From Narcine bancroftii (lineage: Eukaryota): a DNA stretch of 64,000 bases. Both the position numbers and the translations under genes were made by a program. The notes beneath the pieces were generated by a model. The model did no database searches, had not been told where the DNA came from, and saw only the letters and a list, made by a program, of their open reading frames with translations. Positions 11,100 through 23,933 of this stretch are shown here, one piece after another (positions within the stretch are counted from its first letter, which is position 1; the number at the start of each line of letters is the position of its first letter). The DNA lies in contig NC_091469.1 in assembly GCF_036971445.1 (NCBI RefSeq), positions 327,422,001-327,486,000 on the forward strand, given 5' to 3'.

Positions 11100-13650
11100 A
11101 AATATATCCAATCTAACCTGCAGCAACTCCTCCTTCTGCAGTTGCAAGGGATGGATGTGAGAGAAGAACTCCAAGAAGGTGAAGAGCCAGCAAGCCATAC
11201 CTTACCTTCTGATCCGGAGCAGGTTGAGATGTGATCACACTTCTTCCAAAAGGTCTACAGAGGGAACTACGTGAGCCATTGCCTTAAAGAAGATGGCTCA
11301 GCCACATCTTTGCAGATGGGCATGAAGGATCAGAAAACCTTTTATGCCAATCTATATGACACCAAGGACTCAAACAGAATGGCCTCTTAGAACTTTCCAG
11401 AGTTCTTAGATACAGCAAGCGAGAGACTCTGGTGCAGCCAATTACCCTGCGGGAGCTGACACACTCTATCTGTTCCTTTGAGTCAATTAAGACTTCTGGA
11501 AGTGAAGGCTTACCATCTGAGTTGTACACAGCTCTGTGGGACAGGATGAGCCCTGAAGTATAAAACACTACAATCCTGGCTGGCAGCATGTCAAAATCCA
11601 TGAAGAAGAACATCACCACCCTCACCTTCAAACAGGAGAAGGAGAGTATCAGGAATTGGAGACAGGTAGCATTTGTTAAACATTTGACAACAAGATCCTA
11701 TCCAAAGCCATCACCAATCAAGTCAAGTCTGCCCTGTCCACCCAGTACAAACCTGCATGGTTCCATGCAGAAAAATCTGACTGCCACACGCTGCTCATGG
11801 ACACCATCATCGACATGCAGGACGGGTGGTAGACAACTGCATAGTCCACTTAGACCAGCGGAAGGCTTTCAACTGGATGTAGTACACCTACATGATGGAT
11901 GAGCTCTCCAAAATGGCCTTTAGAGAGGTAATTGAAAATTGAATTGAAGGCCCATATTTATAAAATTTTGGTTTGCATGTATTATTTACTCTCTGAAGAC
12001 CTCAATTCTTGGTTACCTCCAATAGATTTTTATGTATGAATGCTTTATTTTCTTGGCATTCTCAAGGTTATCTTTTTCAGGGGTGTGGGATATTTTTTGA
12101 AATATTTACAATTGTATGTAATTATATTGTGGTTAAAAATTTATACAAAAAGTATTTAAAAATTTGAAGACATCTGTAGTACCATCCAAATCAATGGGTA
12201 GGAAACAGATTGCTTCCCCGTCAAGTCTTGAGTCAGGCAAGTCTTACTTGGCCTGCTGAATAGTATTCTTCGCTGAATACATCAGAAAGGCTGAGGGCAT
12301 CAGAGGAGTGATGTTGCCAGGCAGTGGAGGCACTCAGGCCAAAGCCTCCTTGTAAATGGACAATGTCACTGTCTTCTGTACAGATACATGATCAGTCCAC
12401 AGACTATTCTGCATCTGCGCAAGTTTGAGTTTGCATCAGGCACCAGAGTAAACCGGAAGATGAGAGAGGTAATGCTCTTGGGTAACTGGTCTGACTTGTC
12501 CACAATCTGACTACCTGAAGGTGTTGGGGATCTGGTTTGGAGGAGCCAAGACTTGCAACAAAAATTGGTCAGAGCAGATCACAAAAGTTCACCAGAAGAT
12601 GGGTCTATGGGCGTGACACTCCCTCTCAATGCATAGAAGAACCTCGTCATCGTGTGCTCTCGGTACTGCTGTATGTGGCACATGTATGGCCCATCCTTGC
12701 ACCTCCACCCTGGCAGTCACCAGAGGAGTCTTCCAGTCACCAGAGGTGTCTTCTAGTTCATATCAGGTTCCAGAATGGAAAGGGTCTGAGGGGTCACCAT
12801 GAACAAGTTGACAATCAACAGGGGCAAAAATAGAGCCAAAGTGGACCTCATCCAGATGACAACCTACATGTATGGCTACATTAGGCTGTGCATGGAACCA
12901 AAGTATGAGAGAACCAAGTGCAGCTCTGCATAGAGATTTTACCTGCCCAGGTGTTACAAAGGATAGGCCTGGCCCTGTTGCTTATGATCAACCAGTCAGC
13001 TGGACAGTGCCACACTACTTATCCTTTGTGGAAAAGTCTTTACAGGCAAACACCTTTGATCATGTCCATCAGTCAGTGGTCAGCATGGAGGGAACAGTAG
13101 AATTATGTGGGGTGGTTCCCTGAGCAGATCATCTGGGTTATCGGGCAGAATGCCACTTCACCAGTGCTCATGAACAAGCATCAGGTCTTGCCTTCCTGGC
13201 AGGAGGCGAGCCCTCCGAGTCAGATACTTCCTGTACAACCTGAACATCACCCTCAATGCACGTTGCCACCAAGAAGACTGCAGTGGAGAGACACTCGCCC
13301 AACTCTTTGTAGATTGCAGATTTGCTGAGAGTGTGTGAAGAACGAGAAAGTGTTTGGGCCAAGTTGGCCTGTATCTATGCTATAATTCTTTATATGGTTA
13401 TATGCTAAAAAGACGCAATGGTCATTATCGCAGTTCATCCCCAGCAACAGAGTGACAGCAGACTAATTAATGGGATGTTCCCAGAGACAAACAGAGCAAC
13501 AGACAAGATGGAAGACCATCAACTCAGTGAAAGATGCCCTTTGATCTGCTCAAAACTTGTTGGTCTTTCAGAACGCAGAGATGTGGGTAAGAAAATGCTG
13601 CTGACTGGCACATTCATTGTGAATTTATCATGAATAAAGTTCATTTTTGA
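11100..13650 (+). mobile_element. L1-Tx1 clade LINE ORF2 remnant (interrupted by an AT-rich L1 3' UTR piece at ~11960-12165)
   Basis: KTSGSEGLPSELY, SMKKNITTLTFKQEKE..RNWR, DYLKVLGIWF and WTVPHYLSFVEK Tx1-type motifs. AATAAA at ~13633 followed by an A-rich end. Confidence 0.75.
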
Positions 13651-13789
13651 AAGAAAAACACTTGCATGGATGGAGAAGTTGATTTTTAAAACTTCTGTGG
13701 CAAATATTATACCTCACGAAGCAACAGCACATTTCCCTTTAACATGTGCACAGTTATATTCCCCTAATATTTTAAGCACCTCAGATTTT

Positions 13790-14040
13790 TTTTTAAATAT
13801 ACAGCACTGTAACAGGGTGTTTTGACCCACAAGCCCCTGCCGCCCAATTACATCCAATTAACCTAAAATCCCCAGTAGGCTTTGAAGGGTGGGAGGAAAC
13901 CGGAGCCCCTGAAGAAAATCTACGCAGACACGGGAAGAATGTACAAACTCCTTACAGACAGCACGCGATTCGAACCCCGGTCACGTTCGCTGGCGCTGTA
14001 ACAGAATTGCACAAACCATTACGCCAGCTAGGCTGCCCAA
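13790..14040 (-). mobile_element. V-SINE/HE1-like tRNA-derived SINE, near full length
   Basis: Reverse complement has an A-box-like head, B-box ggttcgaatc, and the ctccggtttcctcccac core. Confidence 0.8.
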
Positions 14041-14797
14041 TGTACCTTTATCTTTGCTACGCTTAGAAGATTTCACAAGAGAGGCTCTCAGAAATGTTTC
14101 TCACTGTCAATTCAGTTTCCTACAAATAAGTAATGAACAGATGAAGTTTAAAATGGGCTCAGATTGATTGTCAGAGTCCATATAACGTAACATACAACCC
14201 TGAGATTCCCTTTTCCTGCAGGCGCAGGAATTGGTAGTGAAAAAATAAGCTGTACATAGTGTAAATATTAAACAAATAAAAATCTGTATACAGACAACAA
14301 ATGTAAGCAAACTGTGCAATACAGAGAGAACAAAAGAAAATCAATAAAGTGCACAAGTAAGAGTCCTTAAATGAGTCTCTAATTGAGTTTGTCGTTGAGG
14401 AGTTTGATGGTGCAGGATAGCATCTGTTCCTGAACTGTGTGGTGTGAGTCTTGTGGCACCTCTTTCCTGATGGCAGCAGCGAGAACAGAGCATGTGCTGG
14501 GTGGTGTGGGTCTTTGATGAGTGTTGTTGCCCTCTGACATCAGTGTTCCCTGCAGATGGACTCCATATGGGGTGAATTTTGCTTGTGTGTCCACTACCTT
14601 TCGGAGGGCTTTAAGCTCAGGGGTATTGGCGCTCCCAGACCAGACCGTGATGTAGCACACTTCAGCAGAAATTTACCAGGGTTTCTGGTGTGACACCAAA
14701 GCTCTGCAAAACCTGAGGATGTAGAGGCGCTGACATGCTTTCTTCACGATGCCATTAGTGCGTTGGGTCCAGGAAAAATCTTCTGAAATAGTGACTC

Positions 14798-15055
14798 CCA
14801 TATAACCATATAACCATTTACGGAGCGGAAACAGGCCACGTTGGCCCTTTGAGTCCGCACCGGTTCACTGATTTTGTGCGCCCTCTTCAGCCAATTGTCC
14901 CGATGGGTTTGGCCCTCGAATTCCAACTTCAGTGGATGAATTCTTCCGTTATTGCACCTTGGCAAACTCCAAGAGTCTCGTTTGCAAAACCTACAAATTG
15001 GGAAGATAAAGAGGTCCACGAGCTCCTTACCCTCCAAGCTTGAAGACTCAGCACA
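14798..15055 (-). mobile_element. Chimeric short insertion: CR1-like 3' tail (ATGGTTAT repeats) joined to an unrelated CpG-rich body
   Basis: ccatataaccatataaccattt...aacaggcc...ggcccttt is the reverse complement of a CR1/SINE-type tail. The body encodes NWEDKEVHELLTL on the plus strand. Confidence 0.5.
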
Positions 15056-15139
15056 GTTGTTTTAATTCGATCACTGGATTGTAGACCTCTGGCTTTCCTT
15101 CCCTTAAGTCAACAATCAGCTCCTTAGTTTTGGTAACAT

Positions 15140-15460
15140 TGTGACAGATTATAGATATGTTTTGGATAGATAAATTGGGGTAGATTTTTTAGTGTAGGTC
15201 ACATACAAACACTTCAAAACAGATCTCATTTAAAATATTGGAGCTCTCCTCAAGCTAGACAGGCCAGCTTCGAAGGCCTTTGCAAAAGCTTTGGAGAGTG
15301 CCCAAGGATTGTTGCTTTGAAAAGCAACAGATGAAAGAATTCGGAGGAGTAGGTTCAGAGCCACAGGCTATCTGGGAATGCTGCTTGCTGTTCTAGGAGA
15401 GTCATGTGATTTTCCAAGCAGAGAGGGAATCAAACAGACTTTTCTCAGAGATAGAAAGAA

Positions 15461-15497
<37 letters not shown>

Positions 15498-16157
15498 AGT
15501 TCTGCAGTCAGCAGCAACAACTGCAACTGGAACAGGACAAACTGGCAAGCTTGTGGAAAACCCCATTTGGAAAACGTGTTGTGAGTACTTAGTTCAGCCT
15601 GGTCAAAACCCTTGTGGTTCATACAAGAGGAGAGGACTGGCTACCTAATGTTTCACTTGAAACAAAAAGGAACTCTGTGGTGACCTCAAAGAAAGAGGTT
15701 ATCATCTGGAAAACCCTGATGGGGTAAGTTTCTTTGGGAAGGCACTGAAGTGGCTGATTAATCAGTTGTGGGTGACCAGCGAATAACAAATCACTCTCTG
15801 AAAACCAACCTTCCTGAGCGGTAACCATTTACCTTTCAAGCACCAAAGCCTGGTGAACTTTATAAATGTTTAATTCTGTGCACAGTATAAGAAATGCCTG
15901 CAATGAGTAAACATGGAGGAATGAGAAGTGAGATTGGACTGTGAATCAAAGAACTTTTTGAACTTACACACACATTACATGCACGTGCGCTTAGAATTCG
16001 AAGGAGATTAAGTTAGGTTAAGTTAAAGAGTAATAAGGTAAAGTATGATCCTGTTTTCATGTTTAAAGATAATTAAAAGCAAGTTTTGTTTAAGTAACCA
16101 TTTGTCTTGGTGAATTTCTATCGTTGCTGTGTTTTGGGGTCCTCTGGGCTCGTAACA
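15140..16157 (+). mobile_element. Solo LTR (~1018 bp) with 4-bp TSD
   Basis: Starts TGTGACAG and ends CGTAACA. TSD acat at 15136-15139 and 16158-16161. Internal (GA)n at ~15464-15494. Three more copies in the window. Confidence 0.9.
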
Positions 16158-16610
16158 ACATTGAGTGCAAGGTTGTTGTTGCTCCAGGACAAATTCATGA
16201 GTGGACATTTTTTAAAAATAATCTTATTTTTCTTTTGGGTTCAATTGAATTTCATCAAGCACTTAGTCTCATATGTAACCATAATAGATATTATAATATA
16301 ATCAAAACATCACTATCATTACTAATATCAGACATCAAACATATACAAGTGTACAAAATCTTACAAATTCCATATAAATTGACATAATAAACATTGCAGA
16401 AGTCTAACTGGCAGTCAGCCATATAATAAATATCCAGAACACAAAAACTAATGATATGAAAGAAAAAATTCTCATGATTCATTTGTGAATCATGTTCGAT
16501 TGGCATTTTCTGACTCCTGAATTTTTTTCTTATTTTCAAAACTCTTGTTTTGTGAAGATTTATTTTCACATTTTCATTCGCACCCCTCTTAAAAATTTAG
16601 TTGATTTTAC

Positions 16611-16697
16611 CTCTCCTAATTTTTCCTTCCCAATGTGCTTGGGAAGTAATTCACTGGAGAAAACAAATTGCTGGTTTGCTAAACTCCGCATCTCCAT
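16611..16697 (-). CDS. Candidate ATG-initiated exon MEMRSLANQQFVFSSELLPKHIGKEKLGE (unverified)
   Basis: aagATGG Kozak context, in-frame stop upstream, ends GAG|gtaaaa in phase 0, non-repeat context. No homology recognised. Confidence 0.15.
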
Positions 16698-17189
16698 CTT
16701 GCTGAGATAGCTCAGTGTTTGTACTGAAGCTCATCTCATTTCTAAGTGAACTGTAAGGCTACAGTTATCCAGCAAAGTGAATGTTCCTTCTTCACAAAAA
16801 TGTTTTGGCTTTAGTTTAATGTTTTTAGTTAGCATTGTGATTTCAAACATTATTTTGATTATTCTTTGTATTTTTTTTAATAAGTAACCTATTTACATTT
16901 TAATTCATCTTTAAAATAACTCAAGAGTTTGAGAGTAAACAGGCCCTGGTAAGCACAATAGGCACAAGGCTGAATAGTTAGCCTAGGGCGGCATAATTAG
17001 ATTAAGAACAGCACGGATAGTTACGCAGTTAGCGCAGTACGATTACAGCGGTTCGAATCCGGTGCTGTCGCTCAGGAGCTGTTATGGAAACAGAGTCGCC
17101 ATGACCTGGCACCCATAACAACTGGAGAAAGAGAAACAAAAGAGAGTTCTGGATTTGCTTCCAGCACACCCACAGCTTCCGCAGTTGCA

Positions 17190-17560
17190 TACGCCTGTTC
17201 AATCCATCAGCAACACAAGCACGAGATCCAAACTGCCAATACAATCAGGAAGCCTTTAGCATCCAAGGCCCTTCAGGAGTCCTTCTTGCTTTCACTACTT
17301 TCTTGAATCCATAAGCCAACATGTTAGGCTGTGCCATGTTGGCGCAGCCTTTGTGGATCCTTTGACTGAAAGTCACTCGCAGCTCACAACCTGTGTGGGT
17401 CCTTAAGCTGCTGAACTCCTCACTGATCTACTGCCATGGTTACCGTCCTGTAGGATCATCTCCCATGCTTCTCCTTCTCAACACAGGGTGTTCTTCCCAT
17501 TTCTGGTGCCCTGTGTCAGTCCGCTGCTCTCCTGGAGTCTGCAACACTGCCCAGCACAGG
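17190..17560. repeat. Unclassified interspersed repeat (related to 48880-49110 and 49860-50170)
   Basis: Shared motif tccatcagcaac..aagc.c.agatccaaac and cagcc...tgtgg(g/a)tcc...tgac blocks. Confidence 0.5.
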
Positions 17561-20500
17561 CGCTGTCACTTTGATAGCAGGATTTATTTTTTTAAATCAG
17601 CTCTTTTAACAGGCCATTTAAAGCTGTATGGAGATGTTGGTATCTGGACCAGGCAGTAGGACCCTGCGGAGCGGTGCTGTGTCTCTGTTTCCCCACTAGT
17701 GGCACCGCTGCCATTCCAGCAGCTCCACATATTTTTTTTGGCATGAATGCTGCATTTTGTGGGCTTATGTTTCCACCTTTGGGCAAAATAACACAATATG
17801 TGAAACTCTGAACAAAAAATGAAGTAAGGTTCTTATCATTGAGTGTTTTAAGAGATAAACAATTTTTAATGGGATAATATGGCAAAATGTACTAATTTAC
17901 ATGCAAATACAAATGAATAGTTAAACAATCACTGAAATGATACCAATGATGGGGGTGTTTTCGTTGAGCTCTCTGTGAAGAGTATCAAAAAGATGGTTAG
18001 AATCTCAAAATCAACAATTTTTTCATCAACTATGGATAAAGTAAGTACCAGGAGACCAAAGCAGCAAAAAACAAAAGTTTAGGAAGTTTCTACTCAGTGA
18101 GGAACATCGAGCAAAAGCCCGTAAGAGTAGCCTTGGGACCGGCGGACCATGGCAGAGCTGAGGAGTCGGGACATTATCCTTGAGAAAATGGATAATTTGA
18201 GTAATCAATTTGTACGCATCAAAACTGTAATGAGAGATATGTCTGAGAAATTAAAGAAATCATTAAAGACAATGCAAAGAATGATCCAAGTAGAAATAGA
18301 CTTGGTAAATGCACAAGATAAGCTAAAAGCTATGGATAAAGATGTAAAGAAATGGGAGATGGACAGACAAGGTATGCTGGACAAGATCAACCACATGGAG
18401 AATTTTAGCAGATGAAATAAGTTTGAATTATCGGACTGAAAGAAGGAATTGAGGAGAGAAATCCGGTAAACTTCTTTGAAACATGGATCCCACAAGTGCT
18501 GGGAGAAGACAAATTCAGAGAAAATTGCATATCGAAAGGGCTCACCGGACCTTCGGACCAAGAAGAGCCGGCGATCAGTGACCATGACCGGTCCTGGTAA
18601 GACTTTTGAGGTTCTTCCTCCTCAGAGGATTCCGCGGACATTTTTCGTAGGCTGTTTACGTCACTGTCAGGTCAAGGATATTAAATGTGTTTTTTAAAAG
18701 GGGAAAGATCACTGGATTATATAACCAATCATATGTGTTTAAAAAGCATTATAGATGGAATGTTAAAATTTATTCGTTTTAATGTTAATGGGATAAAAAG
18801 GTCGGTGAAAATGAAGCAGGTCTTGGCACACCTAAAAAAAATGAAAGTCTTTCTACAAGAAAAACATCTTACCAAATTGGAACATGCTAAATTAAAAAGA
18901 GGATGGGGTGGGACAAGTAATATTATCTTCATTTGGCTCAAAAGCAAGAGGAGTACCATTTTAATTAATAAAAATATACCAATAATAGAAGAGAAATTGA
19001 CTGACCAAACCAGAAGATTTGTAAAATTATGCAGAATCATGAATGTTTATGAATATTTATGCACAAAATTATGACAAAGAATTCTTTATGAAAGATGTCA
19101 TTTTAAAAACAGATGGGGAAAAGATAAAATATACTGGTCGGAGGAGATTTTAATTTCTGTTTAGATCCAATATTGGATAAATTATCAAGAACAGTAACAG
19201 GGGAAAAAACTGCAAAAACGAAATTATCATCTATAAAGGTTTAAATTTAATTGATATATGGAGACAACTGAACCTGTAGAAAGAGACTATTCATTCTACT
19301 CAAGGGTACATGATTCACATATAAGGATTGATATGCTTTTAATGCCTGCCCAGTTAAAATGTAGAATGGTAAAAACTGAATACTTGGCAAGGTTTTACCA
19401 GATCATTTGCCATTAACTTTAACTACTGCAATAACGAAAAAACAAGAAAGTGTGCATAGATGATGTCTCAATGCCACACTGCTGAGAAGGAAAGACTTTT
19501 GTGACTTTATTAAAAGAAAGATAGAAATATTTTGTTGAAATAAACTTTCTTCCACTGATAGTAGCTAAGAGGACAAATTATTTATTATACAAAAAATCTT
19601 AAGAGAGAATATAGAGTTGGATGGTTTGGAGAAAGACATAACAAAACTGGAAAAAGATGTCAAAGAATGGGGTTACAAGAAAAATATAGACTATTAGAAA
19701 ATTTTTAAACTGAGATATAACACATTACAAATGTATGGAATGGGGAAAAAATATATTAAAAACTAATCAAAAATATTATGAATTAGGAGAATGGGCGCAC
19801 AAAGTTCTATCTTGGCAGGAAAATGCAGAGGAGTCATCTAGGATGATAAATGCAATAAAAACAGTGGCTGATATTATAACATATAATCAAAAAGAAATAA
19901 CTAAGAATTTTTTAGGCAATACTATATGCAATTATATAAATCAGAATTATTAGGAGATGAAAATGAGATGGACAAATTTTTAGCAAATATGAACTTCCAA
20001 AATTAGAAGATTGAGAATGAGTTGAAATAGATGCCCATTTCACAAAAGAAAAAATTGAGAAAGCTTTGGGTACTTTGCAAGCTAACAAGTTTCCAGTGGA
20101 GGATGGGTTTCCTCCCGAGTTCCATAGACAAGTTAAAGACCTCCTAATCCCTCTTAAGATTAATGTATTAGACCAGGCAGTGGGGACCCAGACTCTCCCA
20201 GAATCTTTCTCAACTGTTATAATTACACTACTACTGAAGAAAGATAAAGACCCATTAAAAAACCACCACTTCCGAATGTTGATTATAAGATATTGGCAAA
20301 GGTGTTAGCAATATCAACAAGGTGGGATTTGTTAAAGGAAGACATTCTTCAAGTAGTCTGGGTCCTCTATTTAACATAATACATATGGCAAAATCAAAGT
20401 TGAATCCGAGTATAACAGTCTCCCTAAATGCAGAAAAAGCATTCAGCCATTTGGAATGGTCTATTCTATTTAAGACACTGGAAATATTTGGTATAGGCAG

Positions 20501-20588
20501 AAAATTTATAAATTGGATAAAAACTATCATAAATGACAAGCCAAAATTACAACTAATAATGAGATGTCAGTGGTTTTACCCTTGAGTA

Positions 20589-20634
20589 CCCCTCCATAAA
20601 TCCTCGTCCACGAAGCCAAGCCAAAGAAAAAAGA
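20589..20634 (+). mobile_element. 46-bp 3'-terminal fragment of the young RTE LINE inserted in L1
   Basis: cccctccataaatcctcgtccacgaagccaagccaaagaaaaaaga matches the RTE 3' end. TSD ttgagta at 20582-20588 and 20635-20641. Confidence 0.85.
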
Positions 20635-21289
20635 TTGAGTAGACAGGGGTGTCCTCTGACCCCAGCGCTTTTTATCCTAGCAATTGAACTGTTGGGGGAG
20701 ATTATAAGGAGAGATTTGGATATTAAGGGCTTCAAAGTTGAACAGGAAGAACATAAAATGAGCTTATTTGCTGATGATGTGCTACTATGCATGTCTGACG
20801 AAGCAGAATCCTTGATAAAATTACAATCAACATTAGAAAAACATGGAAGAGAATCAGGTTATAAAATAAATATGGAAAAGTGAGATCATGCCATTTGCAC
20901 ATTTAGATTATGAAAGATATCAAAAAGGTAGTAGATGTAAATGGAAGAGAGGTAGAATTAAATATTTAGGAATAATAACATAATTTACAGAACTTATGTA
21001 AAAATGTGTTTGCTGCCTATGAACCTGGGCAACAAAATACTGAATTCCTGGCATGACAAAGGAATAAGAGATATTGATGATTGTTACGTGGAAGGATTTC
21101 TTATGTCTTTTGAACAATTTTAAAATAAATATGGAGTAGCTAATAAGAGAAAGATGAGGTCCAAATTTCATCGCACGTGAATTTAGTGAAATGGAATGAG
21201 TGATTTGGCTGGGGAATACACCCAAGTTTCTAACCAAAGTGTACTATGCTCTCCAGAATGAAAGTGCAAAACCAGGTTTACAGAGATCA

Positions 21290-21336
<47 letters not shown>
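21290..21336. repeat. (GA)n microsatellite within L1 ORF2
   Basis: Direct reading. Confidence 0.95.
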
Positions 21337-21339
<3 letters not shown>

Positions 21340-23191
21340 TGAAAGATGGGAGTCAGATCTAGGTGTTGCAATAATGGAAAAATGTTGGTCTGATTGGTGT
21401 TTGGATAGCATGACATCAATTATAAATGCAATACAATTTCCCACACCAATTATATATCATACCACAGAAACTGCAAAATCTGAAATATCAGAGATGTGTT
21501 TTAGGTGTGGAACAGAATTAGGAGCAGTTGTAAGTGCTATGTGGTCGTGTGTGAAGGTGAGACCTTTTTGGCAAGATATTACTGAAATATTAACAAGGAT
21601 AACAGGGGTAACCTTTATGGGCGTTATCTTTTGGGCAATTTTATTGAAATAAGCAATAAATTAATTAAATTCCAAATTTCATTTGTTAAAATAGTCATAG
21701 CAATGGCTAACAAATGTATTCCAATTAACTGGAAATCCAACTCTCCTCTACATATAGCACAATGGAGTGCAGAGATGAATAGTGGCATACCTCTGGAAGA
21801 AATTACATACAACTTAAAGAACAAATATGACAAATTTGTTAAGATATGGCAGCCATATTTGGATCAGATAGGGGCCCAATTATAATTATAACTACAATAA
21901 TAAAAAGGACAATAACAGATGCTGGTTTTCATGGTTAATATATATGTGAGCCCTGACTGTGTTTAGATTTATATTACAAAGTGGGGGAGGGGGAAAAGGA
22001 GCAGTTGTTTTGTTTATTTTTTGGAAGTTTTTATTATATATATATATATATATATATGAACATAGAGTATATATCCACACACTTTGATATCGGAGCGATT
22101 ACTACAGTATCAATGGAAAAAAAAATTCAAAAAAGGTACCAATGATTGTTTCCAATCTGTTAACATTCTTAAACCTAGCAGTCCCTTCTTAGTTCTTTAC
22201 CATATTCATCTCTGAGATACAAATACAGGTATTTAGAAGTTAAAAGATGTGTATGTAGCAGTCTACAGCAAAAATTAGTTAACAGGATATTTTCTGCAAT
22301 ATTACTCTGAATTACTCTGGTTCAGACTTACAATTACATTTTGATGAAAGATAATTCAATAAATTTCACTTTTGTTACATTACCACCATGAATAAATCAC
22401 CCTCAGTATTATGCAGCAATCCTTTTTCTAAAGAAATTGTAACTATCTCTTGAATCAAGAGGTAGGAGTAGATTTCTTTGCTTGCATTCCACCACACCTG
22501 CCATGCTTATTCATAACGATGTACACATCTCTCCTTGGAGCTTTAATATTTCAATTAGAGTTAGACAGAATGCAACGGGCCCTTCAGTTCAATGCATCCA
22601 CCCCAAGAAGGTCCATTCCCATTCCTTCTGCCAGAGCCAAATCCATTTTCCTGTGTTCAGTCCACGTCCCTCTGAACCTTTCTTAATCATGGACAACATA
22701 TTTTAAAAATCATAATTATTCCCGTCTCCGCAGCTTCTTCAGGCAACTCGTTTATAATCTCATCACTTTCCACGTCAAAACATTGCCACTCAGATCCTTT
22801 TAAATCTTTCCCCTCTGACTCTCAAACTTTTCAACTTTTGATACACAAACATAAACATGGACAGCATTTTGAAGAAACTGTATTGAAAGGCATTGAAGCA
22901 GTTCATTTAACCTGAATGGTTGTATCTCAAGAACACAAAACCAAATTGGATTTTTTGTGTACTGCCTAGTTAATTTTAAAGTGTTTATGCCAAGACATCA
23001 TCTTAAACATAATGAATTTGCATTTTCATTTCATTCACTGAACTTCTAGTAGTTCCAAGATCAATAAAAATGTATAAAAGTATTATACAATAATTAGATA
23101 CATGTAATAACCTCAAAAGTTAAGTAATTAAAATTTATTCTACTTAAAATATCAATGGTTTCAATTTCCTTTCTGTTCTTAACTCTGAGGG

Positions 23192-23643
23192 TGTGGTGAA
23201 TGTCTGCCAAGCTGCCTGTCTCCCCTCTGGCAAGCCTTGCTGTACTAACATTGGCTGTGCATTATCTCTACTGTTAAGGACACTCCCTTTTGCCTGTATA
23301 TGCATCTATTATCTTTGAATATTGTACCATGAGTTTCTGCTAATATAAGCCATGATTATTGTTTCACCACATTGTCTTTGTCTACTTCATCAACTGGCAT
23401 TTCAATTTTATTAGCAGAGAGTTCAGGTGGCCCCACTGTATCGCCTCATCGACCACATTGTTTCGAGCCATGTAGTAAACGAAACAAGCAATCCAGTGGT
23501 TGAAAATTTCTCTGGCCCTCAGGGCAGACTGGTCGATTATCAGCCACTCTGGCTTGAGGGCTCCATCCATTTCTGCAAATAAAATTGAAGTGCCAGTTGA
23601 TGAAGTCGACAAAGACGATGTGGTCAAACAATAATCATGGCTT
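23192..23643. mobile_element. Gypsy-like LTR plus inverted LTR-end/gag-start fragment (fold-back)
   Basis: 72-bp inverted arms at 23347-23418 and 23572-23643. The minus-strand peptide MDGALKPEWLIID...EIFNHWIACF resembles a Gypsy gag N-terminus. Confidence 0.6.
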
Positions 23644-23933
23644 TCTTAGCAGATATCTCTTGATATCCCACCTCCACCCCATTTCTGTTCTGAGGAGGCC
23701 AAAGCAATACAGGATTTGCTGAAGAAAGAGGCTGCTGAACTGAGACTTGGATATGCCAGGGCATCCAAAGGTCCACACTTACTTTCTGCTGACAACCAAA
23801 TGAATGGCAGATCAATGGTGTTGACCCTTGGTGAAGCTGCTGCCAATCAGCATGTGAAAGAATGGACAAGTTCTCCCGCCAATTAAGCCTGGTAACCATG
23901 CTGCTACAAGTGACAGTGAGGTTAATTTTATAT

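Larger units (their letters stand above)
14150..16200 (-). mobile_element. Rex1/Babar-like LINE fragment split by two nested insertions (14798-15055 and 15140-16157)
   Basis: CYITVWSGSAN..E.KALRKVV peptide. Rex1 sequence resumes as acattgagtgcaaggttg after the LTR. Confidence 0.75.
17950..22135 (+). mobile_element. Near full-length decayed L1-clade LINE (ORF1, endonuclease, RT, C-terminus)
   Basis: ORF1 coiled coil plus ENFSR..IGLKEG (18149-18600). EN start MLKFIRFNVNGIK, FLQE.HL. RT DGFPPEF, SLNAEKAF, RQGCPLTP, LFADDVLL. C-terminal MCFRCG..MWSC.KV..FW. A-rich end at ~22115-22135. Confidence 0.9.

Noticed and set aside
17010-17080. tRNA gene (ggttcgaatcc B-box)
   Set aside because: It matches the head of the local SINE family, and no full cloverleaf or acceptor stem is visible.
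21200-21652. ER-repeat protein ORF
   Set aside because: It is a (GA)n expansion inside decayed L1 ORF2.
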